Shown: positions 20,257 to 30,474 of the stretch, piece by piece
How positions within the stretch are numbered: position 1 is the stretch's first letter
Layout: each line of letters starts with the position of its first letter
From: Candidatus Bathyarchaeia archaeon
Lineage (GTDB): Archaea; Thermoproteota; Bathyarchaeia; 40CM-2-53-6
Length of the DNA: 64,000 bases
Assembly: GCA_049513715.1 (NCBI GenBank)
Contig: JBEKVV010000003.1
Span: forward strand, 464,359 to 528,358
Direction of reading: 5' to 3'
Position numbers and translations under genes: made by a program
The notes under the pieces: model-generated
Database searches by the model: none
Told to the model about the DNA's origin: nothing
Seen by the model: the letters and a program-made list of their open reading frames with translations, nothing else

Positions 20257-20739
20257 TTGAGCGAAGTATTCCTTCAGCAAGTCGAAAGATACGCCAACGA
20301 AGCGAAAGCAAAGGTCACCCAACTTCGAAAAGGTGAAACGCTGGTCGAGGTTGATCAGAAGAAGCTGAAGAGCTTCCTTTCGCATATCGTCAACGGCATG
20401 AGCATACGCCACCTCGTGACGATGACCGGACTCGACTTGGGACAGAATATTGGCGTCATTTACCATTTCTCTCACGAAACAGACAACCTGCACATACGGA
20501 CTCTCATCCCAAAAACCAACACAACTACTGATTCTATTGTGGGCATTATTCCGGGCGCGATTCTCTATGAGATGGAGATTCATGACATGTTAGGTGTGAA
20601 GTTTGAAGGCAACCCATGGATGGACAGGAAACTACTACTTCCCGAGACTTGGCCAGACGACTTACCCCCACCTCTGCTGAAGACTTCGAAACCTGAAGAA
20701 ATTCGAAAGCGACTGCACTTGGAGGTTGTCAAAGAATGA
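20257..20739 (+). CDS. Hydrogenase subunit, NuoC-like
   Basis: YEMEIHDMLGVKFEGNP, LLP..WP...PL. Confidence 0.9.
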   Translation: MSEVFLQQVERYANEAKAKVTQLRKGETLVEVDQKKLKSFLSHIVNGMSIRHLVTMTGLDLGQNIGVIYHFSHETDNLHIRTLIPKTNTTTDSIVGIIPGAILYEMEIHDMLGVKFEGNPWMDRKLLLPETWPDDLPPPLLKTSKPEEIRKRLHLEVVKE

Positions 20740-21971
20740 TCGAGGATAAACCGGTTCGAAAAGAAGAATCGGCAGGTTTGATGAAGTACTCGACTGAAAC
20801 CCTTGTTCCCTTCGGGCCTATTCATCCAGCCTTGAAGGAACCTGAGTACTTCAAGCTGATACTTGAGGGCGAGAGAATCATCGAGGTCATCCCCAGAATA
20901 GGCTACGTTCACAGAGGCCTGGAGAAAGCGGCGGAATCAAGACCGTGGGTTCAGAACATGTACATGTTCGAGCGAACCTGCGGAATATGCAGCTTCGTTC
21001 ACAGCATAACCTATGCACAAGCCGTCGAAGGATTGACGATTTACGAGGTACCGCGCCGAGCCAAGTTCATCCGCACAATCGTCGCAGAACTGGAGAGAAT
21101 TCACAGCCACCTCCTCTGGGTCGGATTGATGGGACACTGGGCAGGGTTCGAAACCTTGTTCATGTGGGTTTGGCGTGACCGCGAAGTCGTCCTCGACTTA
21201 GTTGAGGCAATTTCCGGTAACCGGGTTCACAAATCGATGAACGCCATATGCGGGGTCAGGCTCGACATGCCTGAGGGCATGGAAGACAGAATCGTCGAAA
21301 GAATGAAGTTCCTAGTCGAACGCGCGAATTACTACAAGGAGATTGTTGACACAGAAGAGACGATGCTCGAGCGAACCGAAAACATCGGCAAAATCGATGC
21401 GGACCTTGCAGAGCGTTTATGCGCTGTCGGACCCATGGCACGATACGTGGGGCTCAGGCAAGATGTTCGATTAAACGATCCATACGCCGCATATGATGAA
21501 GTGCCCTTCGACATGGTGACATGCAAGGACGGCGATGTGCATGCGTTGCTGAAACTGCGCCTCGATGAAATGATAGTATCCGCGAACATGGTCAGCTACG
21601 CGGTAAAGCATCTTCCAGAGGGCCCGATAAGAGTCAAGATTGCACCAATAATCCCAGCAGGAGAACATTCGTCGCGCAGCGAAGCTCCTCGGGGCGAGAT
21701 CTTCTACTACGTGAAATCGTCAGGCGGACGAACACCAGACCGAGTGAAATCCCGCCAGCCGACAATGGCGAACCTACCAACGGCCCTCGAACTGCTGAAG
21801 GGACAGACGATCGCAGACGTCCCAGTCGTGCTAACGGCGATCGACCCCTGCTTCGGTTGCATGGACCGCATGTCCTTCATGGATACTGAGACGAACCGAC
21901 AATGGACATGGTCTGGGGAAGAACTCAGGCAATATGGAATCAACCACTACTTCCCTGAAAGAGCGAAGTAA
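20736..21971 (+). CDS. Group 4 [NiFe]-hydrogenase large subunit (NuoD-like)
   Basis: Both Ni-binding motifs intact: ERTCGICSFVH and DPCFGCMDR, followed by a cleavable C-terminal extension. Confidence 0.95.
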   Translation: MIEDKPVRKEESAGLMKYSTETLVPFGPIHPALKEPEYFKLILEGERIIEVIPRIGYVHRGLEKAAESRPWVQNMYMFERTCGICSFVHSITYAQAVEGLTIYEVPRRAKFIRTIVAELERIHSHLLWVGLMGHWAGFETLFMWVWRDREVVLDLVEAISGNRVHKSMNAICGVRLDMPEGMEDRIVERMKFLVERANYYKEIVDTEETMLERTENIGKIDADLAERLCAVGPMARYVGLRQDVRLNDPYAAYDEVPFDMVTCKDGDVHALLKLRLDEMIVSANMVSYAVKHLPEGPIRVKIAPIIPAGEHSSRSEAPRGEIFYYVKSSGGRTPDRVKSRQPTMANLPTALELLKGQTIADVPVVLTAIDPCFGCMDRMSFMDTETNRQWTWSGEELRQYGINHYFPERAK

Positions 21972-21973
21972 CA

Positions 21974-22957
21974 ATGATTGCTGAAATTCTGGAAGCAATA
22001 ATCTTCCCAGGAGTCCTCTTCACCATCGGAATGGGTTTCCTCTTCGATTGGCTCGACAGGAAGACCTCTGCTCGAATGCAGGGTCGAATAGGTCCTAAGA
22101 TCACAGGACCATCAGGCATCCTCCAACCCCTAGCGGATTTTCTCAAGTTGCTGTTCAAAGAAGAAATCATTCCCTCTCATGCTGACCGGATCATATTCCT
22201 GTTCGCCCCCGCTCTATACATCCTCGCACCACTGCTGTCGATGATGTTCATTCCCATAATCAGTCCTTCACCACTCGCAGGGTTCGACTTCGACCTGCTG
22301 GCAATCCTATTCCTCCTTGCGTACGCAGCGTTCGTAGTGGCGATTCTCAGTTTCTCCTCTGCGAGTAGTTTCACGACTATCGCCACCGGAAGATTGGTTT
22401 TGCAGTACGTGAGTTACGAGATCCCGTTCGTTCTCGCAATCATCACGGCCGCACTCTACTCCAAGAGCCTCTCAGTGGAAGGAATTGTCGCGTCCCAGAG
22501 CGGACTATGGAATATCGTGATAATGCCGTTTGCCTTCGTGGTTTACATCATCGCCTTAATGGCTGAACTTGAGAAACCTCCTTTCGATATTCCCAGCGCC
22601 AAAACTGAAATCGTCGCGGGTTGGCTAACGGAATTCTCAGGACGGGCGTTGTCATTCCTCAAGCTCACCAAGGAAGTTAGCTACGTCTTCGGCTCTGCGT
22701 TGGCGGTGTCGCTTTTTCTCGGCGGTGGCCTCGGCCCCGTGATATTTGGGATCCCGCCTTCGGTACTTTACTTCGTTTACTTTATGGTTAAACTTCTCGC
22801 TGTTGGTTTCCTTGTTTTCGTGCTCAAAACCTCGCTTGCCCGAGTGAAGATTGCCCAGGCGACTGAGCTGTTTTGGAAAATTCTGACGCCTGTCAGCCTT
22901 GCACAAGTCGCGTTCGTTCTGTTCTTGATTCAAGGAGGCTTGTTAATTGCCCCGTAG
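21974..22957 (+). CDS. Hydrogenase membrane subunit, NuoH-like
   Basis: ARMQGRIGP, QPLADFLKLLFKE, SYEIP, PFDIP.A.TEIVAG. Confidence 0.92.
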   Translation: MIAEILEAIIFPGVLFTIGMGFLFDWLDRKTSARMQGRIGPKITGPSGILQPLADFLKLLFKEEIIPSHADRIIFLFAPALYILAPLLSMMFIPIISPSPLAGFDFDLLAILFLLAYAAFVVAILSFSSASSFTTIATGRLVLQYVSYEIPFVLAIITAALYSKSLSVEGIVASQSGLWNIVIMPFAFVVYIIALMAELEKPPFDIPSAKTEIVAGWLTEFSGRALSFLKLTKEVSYVFGSALAVSLFLGGGLGPVIFGIPPSVLYFVYFMVKLLAVGFLVFVLKTSLARVKIAQATELFWKILTPVSLAQVAFVLFLIQGGLLIAP

Positions 22958-23336
22958 AAGGGCTGGCGCAGCCATACCCGAAATGTTCCGAACCATGCTG
23001 GAAAAGCCAAGTACCCGAACATATCCGTACCAGCCGGTCGTACTTCCACTGCGATTCCGCGGGAAACTGGACATTGACCCTGACAAATGCACAGGCTGCC
23101 AGGTCTGTGCCATGGTGTGCCCTGCTAGCGTCATCACGATGGTAGATATTGGGACGCGGAAAGTGGGTGACCGAGAACTCGCCGTCAAACGCCCCGTCTT
23201 TGAATTGTCGACGTGCATTTTCTGTGGCGAGTGTGTTGACAACTGCGCGTTCAAGGCATTGGAGATGACGAAACAGTTCGAGTTGGCGACGCCCAACAAA
23301 TCTGATTTAACAATGAGGAAAGCGATTGTGAAATGA
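22947..23336 (+). CDS. 2x[4Fe-4S] subunit, NuoI-like
   Basis: CTGCQVCAMVCP and CIFCGECVDNCA. Confidence 0.92.
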   Translation: MPRRRAGAAIPEMFRTMLEKPSTRTYPYQPVVLPLRFRGKLDIDPDKCTGCQVCAMVCPASVITMVDIGTRKVGDRELAVKRPVFELSTCIFCGECVDNCAFKALEMTKQFELATPNKSDLTMRKAIVK

Positions 23337-23851
23337 GTTTTGAAATCACTCTCCTTCTGGGCTTGATGCTCGTTATTGTCACAATAGTGGCATTGCTAGT
23401 GCGTAAGCTGGTTTGGTCGCTGATTCTTTTGTTCTACTCGAGCATTGTATTCGGTGTGCTCCTCATTACACTTGGTGCTGAGTTTGCGGGCCTGTTTCAC
23501 ATCGTAACTTTCGCGGGAGCGGTTTCCGTCCTCTTCATGGTGATCTTGATGATCGTGGGCGGCGATGCATGGCGTTTCGAGGATCAGCTGAACAAACAGA
23601 ACATTCTGGGTTTGGTGCTTGCCGTCCTCGCAGCGATTCCAATAGTCGTACTGGTCTCAAACTTTCAACCTTTCCAAGGCAAGGTAGTTGAGCAAATGCA
23701 ACTTTCCGGGTTGGCTTCGCCACCCGTCAGTCCTCTTGCCTTCTTGTGGGCCATGCGCTCTTGGGACCTGTTGCTAGTTGTCATCGTAGTCGCCGCAGCA
23801 ATGCTTGGCGTAATGAACCTATTCTCCCGTGAAGGAGGAGTTGAGCATTGA
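23333..23851 (+). CDS. Membrane subunit, NuoJ-like
   Basis: LGAEF..., FAGAVSVLF. Confidence 0.85.
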   Translation: MSFEITLLLGLMLVIVTIVALLVRKLVWSLILLFYSSIVFGVLLITLGAEFAGLFHIVTFAGAVSVLFMVILMIVGGDAWRFEDQLNKQNILGLVLAVLAAIPIVVLVSNFQPFQGKVVEQMQLSGLASPPVSPLAFLWAMRSWDLLLVVIVVAAAMLGVMNLFSREGGVEH

Positions 23852-24156
23852 ACGAACAACAACTACTCCAAGTCTTTGCAGCCATCCTCTTCATGTCGGG
23901 GTTTGGTGCGATTGTAACAACCAAGAACTTGGTCAAGATGATTATGGGATTTCAAGTCATGATATGGGGCGCTAACCTAGTTCTTTTCGCAGGTGGGGTC
24001 GTTAATGGGGAGGCTTCACTTTTCTCGTCATCGCTGGTTGTGCTCTCGATTTCTGTAGGCGCTAGCGTTGAGGCACTCGCGCTGTCCCTTGTAATCTTGG
24101 CTTTTCGTCGGTATGGAACTTTGAACCCGTGGGAAATTAGGAGACTGGCACATTGA
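23848..24156 (+). CDS. Membrane subunit, NuoK/MrpC-like
   Basis: KNLVKMIMG, ASVEALALSLV, YGTL. Confidence 0.85.
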   Translation: MNEQQLLQVFAAILFMSGFGAIVTTKNLVKMIMGFQVMIWGANLVLFAGGVVNGEASLFSSSLVVLSISVGASVEALALSLVILAFRRYGTLNPWEIRRLAH

Positions 24157-25919
24157 CCATGTTCTACGCGGAATGGCTTGTCTGGGCGCTTCCGTTCATC
24201 TCCATTCCCTTTGTACTACTACTCTCCCGTTGGAACAAAGCTCGGAATTGGTTCGCGGCCGCAATCGTTGGGACAACATTCCTGCTAGCCCTGAGCTTAC
24301 TCTTAGATGTCCAGAGCGGGAAGATCGTCGAATCTTCTATTCCTTGGCTTTCGGCTTATGGCTTCACGGTAACCGCACATGTAGACGGCTTGGCGGCCTT
24401 CCTCGCGGTCGTGGTCAACGCACTTGGGTTCCTGATCGTAGTATACTCACAGGGGTACATGGGACACGAGAAAGGCCTGCCAAGGTACTACTCGCTAGTC
24501 TTACTCTTCATCGGCGCGATGACTGGACTCGTAATCGCCGGGAATTTCCTACAGCTCTACATATTTTGGGAAATCGTAGGAATCTGCTCTGCCTTTCTAA
24601 TCGCTTTCTGGTATAACAAGCCAGAAGCAGTTCGCGCTGGCCTCAAAGCCTTCTTAGTCACGAGGGTAGGTGACGCCGCCCTCCTAATCGGATTCATCTG
24701 GCTCTACACAACGACAGGCAGCATCGATTTCCAGAAACTGAGCACGATGGCATCCCAAGGCTTCATCCCAGCCTCGCTTCTTACAACAACTGGAATCCTT
24801 GTCCTCATTGGAGCCATGGGAAAGTCTGCGCAGGTTCCCTTGCATGTGTGGTTGCCCGACGCAATGGAGGGCCCAACAACTGTTAGCGCCTTGATTCATG
24901 CTGCTACGATGGTGAACGCTGGTGTCTACTTGGTCGCCAGAACCTACCCCATCTTCTCCTCAAGCTCATCTTGGTTGACGACTGTTGGCTGGGTCGGAAT
25001 AATCTCAGCATTGCTCGCCGCCAGCATTGCAACAGTCACGATGGACATCAAACGCGTTCTAGCCTACTCAACCATCAGTCAGCTGGGGTTCATGTTTGCG
25101 GCTCTAGGAACCGGCACCCAAGGGGGTTGGTTCGCGTCTCAATTCCATCTAATGAGCCAAGGCTTCTTCAAAGCCCTCGGATTTCTGGCCGCCGGATCAA
25201 TCATTCACATGCTTGGAACGCGGGACATGGCTGAGATGGGCGGACTAAGGAAGCGTATGCCACTAACCTTCATCGCTTTCCTGTTTTCGACCTTGGCGAT
25301 AGCGGGTGTTCCGCCGTTCGTTGGGTTCTGGAGCAAAGATCTCATCATCACTGAACTCTCCCTCGCCCATATGAACATACAAGTGCTGCTCATGGTCGTG
25401 GCGTCGATACTCACATCGTTCTACATGTTCCGGGCACTGTTCAAAGTCTTCTTCGGCAAAGAAAGCAAGATGGCCTCGGACAAAGACCTCCATGAGGCTC
25501 CGAAAATCATGACCGTCCCACTGATGATTCTAAGCGCCTGCGTTCTAGTGCTAGGTTTCACGGAGAACTGGGCTGCGAGCCTCCTAGGCTTCAAAGAGCA
25601 GCTTGTGTTTGCGCTGCCTATCGTCGGTGCTTCAATAGTCGCAATCGTACTCGGGTTCGCACCTGCGTACATGGCATTCTATGTTGGCAGGCCTGACCCA
25701 CGAACCTTCCTCAAAGACCATCCATCTTTGGAAAAGTTGAGGAACGCCATGCTGGCTGGTTATGGGTTTGATGCACTCTACCTAGCATTGTTTGTAAGAC
25801 CCACCTCGCGAATTTCGAGTGCTGTAAGAAACATTCAGACCGGTATTCTAGCGAAGAACCTGTGGCCTATGGTCGCAGTACTGTTGCTGCTTGCGCTGTG
25901 GATTGTGATGTCCCGATGA
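24153..25919 (+). CDS. Antiporter-like membrane subunit, NuoL/MrpA-like
   Basis: GKSAQVPLHVWLPDAMEGPTTVSALIHAATMV, DIKRVLAYSTISQLG. Confidence 0.93.
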   Translation: MTMFYAEWLVWALPFISIPFVLLLSRWNKARNWFAAAIVGTTFLLALSLLLDVQSGKIVESSIPWLSAYGFTVTAHVDGLAAFLAVVVNALGFLIVVYSQGYMGHEKGLPRYYSLVLLFIGAMTGLVIAGNFLQLYIFWEIVGICSAFLIAFWYNKPEAVRAGLKAFLVTRVGDAALLIGFIWLYTTTGSIDFQKLSTMASQGFIPASLLTTTGILVLIGAMGKSAQVPLHVWLPDAMEGPTTVSALIHAATMVNAGVYLVARTYPIFSSSSSWLTTVGWVGIISALLAASIATVTMDIKRVLAYSTISQLGFMFAALGTGTQGGWFASQFHLMSQGFFKALGFLAAGSIIHMLGTRDMAEMGGLRKRMPLTFIAFLFSTLAIAGVPPFVGFWSKDLIITELSLAHMNIQVLLMVVASILTSFYMFRALFKVFFGKESKMASDKDLHEAPKIMTVPLMILSACVLVLGFTENWAASLLGFKEQLVFALPIVGASIVAIVLGFAPAYMAFYVGRPDPRTFLKDHPSLEKLRNAMLAGYGFDALYLALFVRPTSRISSAVRNIQTGILAKNLWPMVAVLLLLALWIVMSR

Positions 25920-27421
25920 TTTACGACTGGACCATGCTGCTGGCAACGTTCTTCCCAGGATTTGTGGGCGCATTCGCGGTCCTACTCCTTGACCTGGCTT
26001 TCAAGAATAAGACAAGCCACCGTTCAGCTGTGAGCGGCATTGTGGCCCTCGTGACATTTGGTTTCATTGCGTACAGTAACTGGCAACAAGCCACACAGAT
26101 CCTCGCGTCGGGCAAGTCGATAGTCATTCAACTAGAACCAAGCATTTTGGCAACCACTTTTACGATTACCGAGCTGGGTGTGTACATCTCATCGATAGCG
26201 CTTCTTCTCTCCTTCATGATCTCAGTATACTCGATTGCATATCTGAGAAAGGATGGCAACTCAGCGGTTTTCCAGTCGCTGATACTGCTACTGTACTTGA
26301 GCATCTACGCTGTCACAGTGTCAGGGGACCTGTTGACCTTCTTCATCGGGTGGGAGGGCATGAGCGTGGCCGCCTACGGCTTGGTGGCGTTCTACAAGCA
26401 CAGCTGGGAAGCGATCGAAGCGACAGTGAAGTATTTGATCATGAGTGGAATCGGAAGCCTGACAGCACTATACGGCATTGCACTCATTTACGGCCTCACC
26501 GGTTCACTGAACATCGAAAGCTTCGTCAAAGCATTCGCGACACCAACCCCGATAGGGGACCTGGCGTTGGTTTTGATATTCATGGGGTTCGGCGTCGAGG
26601 CTGCAATAGCTCCCTTGCACATGTGGTTGCCTGACGCGCACCCTGCGGCACCAAGCCCGATGAGCGCTTTGCTCTCGGGGATCATCATTGAGGTTGGCAG
26701 TTTTGCATTCATCCGTTTGCTGGGCGGCATCCTGATTCTTCCGTCCTACGTGGCTATGGCTCAACCAATACTAGCGATTACAGCTGTTGCGACCATGTTC
26801 ATCGGAAACCTCTCGGCCCTTCAGCAAGATGACTTGAAGCGCCTCTTAGCTTACTCAAGCATCGCCCAGGTGGGCTACATTTTGTTAGGAATCGCCACCT
26901 TAACCGCTGCAGGCTTTTCCGCGAGCGTTTTCCACATCTGGAACCACGCATTGTTGAAAGGGCTCCTGTTCCTTCTTGCCGGAATCGTCACGTTCCAAAT
27001 CGGAACCCGAAGCCTCTCTGAGATGGCGGGGTTGGGCAGGAAGAGCCCGATCTTGGCGGCGCTCTTTAGTTTTGGCGCTTTGGCTATGACCGGTGTGCCG
27101 CCATTCGGTTTGTTCTGGAGCGAATTCCTGATTGTACTCTCGAACTTGGCTGTGGGCTCACTGATCCTGACTGGGGCTGTCGTTTTGATGTTGGTCAATC
27201 TCTTGATTTCCATAGGATACTACTTCAGAGTAATTCGAACCATTGCTTTCGCTGAACCAAGCAGCAAATTGGAGGCTGCTGAAGGTTCGATGCGGATTCC
27301 GGTTTTGTTGCTCATTCCATGTGTCGTACTGGTTGGGTTAAGTTTGATTACAGGCCTCTATCCTAATCTATTCTACCAAGCAGCGGCTGACGCTGTGAAG
27401 GCCCTCCTAGCAGGATTCTGA
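25916..27421 (+). CDS. Antiporter-like membrane subunit, NuoM/N/MrpD-like
   Basis: EATVKYL, PLHMWLPDAH..APSP.SALLSG, DLKRLLAYSSIAQVGY; ATGA overlap with the upstream gene. Confidence 0.92.
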   Translation: MIYDWTMLLATFFPGFVGAFAVLLLDLAFKNKTSHRSAVSGIVALVTFGFIAYSNWQQATQILASGKSIVIQLEPSILATTFTITELGVYISSIALLLSFMISVYSIAYLRKDGNSAVFQSLILLLYLSIYAVTVSGDLLTFFIGWEGMSVAAYGLVAFYKHSWEAIEATVKYLIMSGIGSLTALYGIALIYGLTGSLNIESFVKAFATPTPIGDLALVLIFMGFGVEAAIAPLHMWLPDAHPAAPSPMSALLSGIIIEVGSFAFIRLLGGILILPSYVAMAQPILAITAVATMFIGNLSALQQDDLKRLLAYSSIAQVGYILLGIATLTAAGFSASVFHIWNHALLKGLLFLLAGIVTFQIGTRSLSEMAGLGRKSPILAALFSFGALAMTGVPPFGLFWSEFLIVLSNLAVGSLILTGAVVLMLVNLLISIGYYFRVIRTIAFAEPSSKLEAAEGSMRIPVLLLIPCVVLVGLSLITGLYPNLFYQAAADAVKALLAGF

Positions 27422-27433
27422 AGGTGATTCAAA

Positions 27434-27772
27434 ATGAGTGAGAGAGGAAGGGAACGAATAATCAACGACATAGAAACCCTAGACCAAGCCGTGAAAGCTG
27501 AGAAGGACGTGGAAATAGGATACCACGGCGTAATCGAAGAAAACCTAACCCACTGGGTAGCCGTGGAACAGGACATCATCGAAAGCTACACGAAGCTAGC
27601 AAACCAGTCAGACAACAAGAAGATCAAGAACACCCTAACCAAGATCGTGGAGGATTCGAAAAATCACGTGAGAATCCTCACATCCATACGGAAAAGTTTC
27701 ACGAAAATCATGACGGACGAACAACGTCACGCAAAATTACTGCAAGACCTAGCCGACGAATTCCACAAGTAA
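27434..27772 (+). CDS. Ferritin-like (rubrerythrin-type) helical protein
   Basis: E.....Y, EDSKNH and DEQRH motifs; AGGTGA RBS; 12 bp after the hydrogenase cluster. Confidence 0.65.
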   Translation: MSERGRERIINDIETLDQAVKAEKDVEIGYHGVIEENLTHWVAVEQDIIESYTKLANQSDNKKIKNTLTKIVEDSKNHVRILTSIRKSFTKIMTDEQRHAKLLQDLADEFHK

Positions 27773-27983
27773 AACTACACGTCTAGTACCCGTAGCCGTA
27801 GGCTCAGCAGTCGCTCCACGCCTGACATCGTCGAATCAAGACCCTTTCACACAAGGAACAAATTCGAAGGCATCGAACTGTCGACCAAGCCATCGAAGCT
27901 AGAAAAGATTCCACAACTAGAGCTACGCGTGAAGAACGTATAGTCGTAGGCCTTGCTGTCGCGGATGCGCCCGGAGCCTCGAA

Positions 27984-28397
27984 CTAAGAAGGTTTCATTG
28001 GAGGAGTGAATTCGTGTTCCTCCCACATGTCAAACGCTGTTGCCACCGAAGAGGCTTGAGTTATGATTGCCAACGCTATCACTAGGTGAATCAAGCTGAT
28101 TGGAAAGATCATGGTTGACGGAATACCCAGTCCCAAGGTGAGGCCAACATAGAGGGTTACGCCCAAGATTGCTTGAATCGAAGCTAACGCAGCCGTAGCT
28201 TTTGTAGTCCGTTTCAGGCGGGCTGGAGCTTCAGTCTTCTTGATCGATGCGTTGTTATAATGTGCTAACCCGAGAATAACGAGACCCAACAACGCATGTC
28301 CGTCTACGATGTAACTCGCAAGGGGTTGGGCCACCATTATGACAATCTGCAGGAACGAAAGCCAGACCAATGCATACAGCTGCTTCCACATACTCAT
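27984..28397 (-). CDS. 4-TM membrane protein, hypothetical
   Basis: Hydrophobic helices with His; C-terminal AFDMWEEHEF. Confidence 0.7.
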   Translation of the reverse strand: MSMWKQLYALVWLSFLQIVIMVAQPLASYIVDGHALLGLVILGLAHYNNASIKKTEAPARLKRTTKATAALASIQAILGVTLYVGLTLGLGIPSTMIFPISLIHLVIALAIITQASSVATAFDMWEEHEFTPPMKPS

Positions 28398-28553
28398 GAC
28401 AGACCGGGAACTTCTAGGGCCTGCTTTCTTCTAAAGCTTCAACCAACTCGCTGTCATCGAATTCTTGATCTGCAACTCTTTGAAGAGCCATTGTAAAGCT
28501 GGCGCTATGTGCATCGATCTGTCCATCGCATATCTGTTGCTGCGCATCCAGCA

Positions 28554-29531
28554 TTACTGGTGGCCGATTATCGGATGTGGCGTGTAACCCTCTTCAAGCC
28601 GCTTAACGTCATCAGCTTCGAGTCTTATGTCCAAAGCTCCAACTGCCTCTTCTACATGTTCTACTTTAGTTGCGCCGATTATTGGCGAAGTCACACCTTT
28701 ATGAAGCAACCACGCCACAGAAATCTGGGCGGGCGTTGCGTCTTTCTGTTTGGCCAATTCTAGGACAACATCCAGCACATCGAAGTCTTCGGGTTTGAAG
28801 TATCGTTCCGATAAGTACTTGTCAACCTCATACCGGGGGGCTTTCGGTGTTTTCCCACGTTGGTACTTTCCGGCAAGGAAACCTCTTGCGAGTGGGCTCC
28901 AAGGTATGAGGGCAATGCCTTCTTCTTTGCAGAGGGGGATCATCTCACGTTCTTCTTCGCGGTATAGTAGGTTGTAGTGGTTCTGCATGCTGACGAATCT
29001 GGCCAGACCCAAGCGGTCGCTTGTGTGGAGGGCCTTCAGGAATTGCCATGCGAACATGCTTGAGGCCCCTATGTAGTGCGCGAAGCCGAGACTGACGACC
29101 TCGTTGAGGGCACGCATGGTTTCCTCGATGGGTGTATTGTAGTCCCATCGATGGATTTGGTAGAGGTCAACGTGATCCATTTTGAGCCTGTTCAATGACG
29201 CCTTGATTTGCTGCATAATGTGGCGGCGGGATAGGCCTGAATCGTTGGGTCTCTCACCCATTGGGAAATAGACTTTCGTTGCGACAACGACGTTATCACG
29301 GTAGCCTTTCAGGCATTCACCTGTGATCCCCTCAGAACGGCCTGATGAGTAGACGTTCGCAGTGTCGAAGAAGTTCACTCCCAAGTCAACTGCTTTCTTC
29401 ACCAGCCTCTGAGCCTCATCAAGTTCAACCTTCCAAGCAGCATCTGTGCCAAACGACATACAGCCCAAGCATATCCGAGAAACCTTCACGCCTGCTCTGC
29501 CAAGGTTCACGTATTCCATGAATCGTCCCAT
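28554..29531 (-). CDS. Aldo/keto reductase (YajO/AKR9-like)
   Basis: LGCMSFG, FDTANVYS.G.SE, DLYQIHRWD, MQNHYNLLYREEEREM. Confidence 0.93.
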   Translation of the reverse strand: MGRFMEYVNLGRAGVKVSRICLGCMSFGTDAAWKVELDEAQRLVKKAVDLGVNFFDTANVYSSGRSEGITGECLKGYRDNVVVATKVYFPMGERPNDSGLSRRHIMQQIKASLNRLKMDHVDLYQIHRWDYNTPIEETMRALNEVVSLGFAHYIGASSMFAWQFLKALHTSDRLGLARFVSMQNHYNLLYREEEREMIPLCKEEGIALIPWSPLARGFLAGKYQRGKTPKAPRYEVDKYLSERYFKPEDFDVLDVVLELAKQKDATPAQISVAWLLHKGVTSPIIGATKVEHVEEAVGALDIRLEADDVKRLEEGYTPHPIIGHQ

Positions 29532-29599
29532 GCTCTCTCACCTATTTTTTCTTTCACCTTTGTGAAAGGTTATACGCAAGCATGACTTGCGGCGGAGTC

Positions 29600-30394
29600 A
29601 TGGGACTAACGATTTTTCAGGTGGACGCTTTCACTGACACGCCCTTCGCTGGGAACCCGGCGGGCGTCTGCGTTCTTTCGGAGCAGCGTGATGATGAGTG
29701 GATGCAGAACATTGCACGGGAAATGAATCTATCCGAAACTGCTTTCCTCCGCAAACAAGCTGGGGGCTTCAATTTACGTTGGTTCACACCAGCGGTCGAG
29801 GTCGACCTGTGTGGCCATGCCACTTTGGCTAGCGCACATGTCCTGTGGGAAAGTGGACTTCTCAAACCTGATGAACGTGCTCGATTTCAAACTCGCAGCG
29901 GAGTTTTGACGGCTGAACGAAAGGATGGTTGGATCGAGCTTGATTTTCCACTTCTCCCAGACAGACGCACACCTGCGCCTCACGGGCTTTCGAAAGCCTT
30001 AGGCATCAAACCCGTGTACGTCGGCAAGAGCCGGTTCGACTACGTTGTGGAAGCCAATTCAGAGAAGACCATTCGGAAGATGCAGCCAGACTTTTCGTTG
30101 CTTTGGAAAGTTCCAATCAGAGGCGTAATCGTAACTGCTCGTGCAACCTCTAAACCGTATGATTTCGTCTGCCGTATGTTTGCTCCAAGAGTGGGTATCG
30201 ATGAGGATCCAGTGACCGGTTCAGCATTTTGTTGCCTCGGCCCCTTCTGGCGCGAGCGGCTGAAGAAGAACGAGTTCCTAGCATACCAAGCCTCCGCGCG
30301 TGGAGGAGTCGTTAAGGTTACAGTCGGTGATAGGCGGGTGCACATCGGAGGCAAGGCAGTAACAGTGTTGCGTGCCGAGTTAATGGAACATTAG
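29600..30394 (+). CDS. PhzF family isomerase
   Basis: VDAF....AGNPA, EMNLSETAF, EVDLCGHATLA, EDPVTGSA. Confidence 0.93.
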   Translation: MGLTIFQVDAFTDTPFAGNPAGVCVLSEQRDDEWMQNIAREMNLSETAFLRKQAGGFNLRWFTPAVEVDLCGHATLASAHVLWESGLLKPDERARFQTRSGVLTAERKDGWIELDFPLLPDRRTPAPHGLSKALGIKPVYVGKSRFDYVVEANSEKTIRKMQPDFSLLWKVPIRGVIVTARATSKPYDFVCRMFAPRVGIDEDPVTGSAFCCLGPFWRERLKKNEFLAYQASARGGVVKVTVGDRRVHIGGKAVTVLRAELMEH

Positions 30395-30474
30395 TGGTCA
30401 ACAGCGAAAGCCTGGACTTTCAAGATTCCGATACTTTCAATCCGTGGACCTAGCTTGATTTGTGAGGAAAAGCG

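Noticed and set aside
18943..27421. NADH:quinone oxidoreductase (complex I) or Fpo
   Set aside because: The NuoD-like subunit retains both Ni-ligating CxxC motifs and a maturation protease is adjacent.
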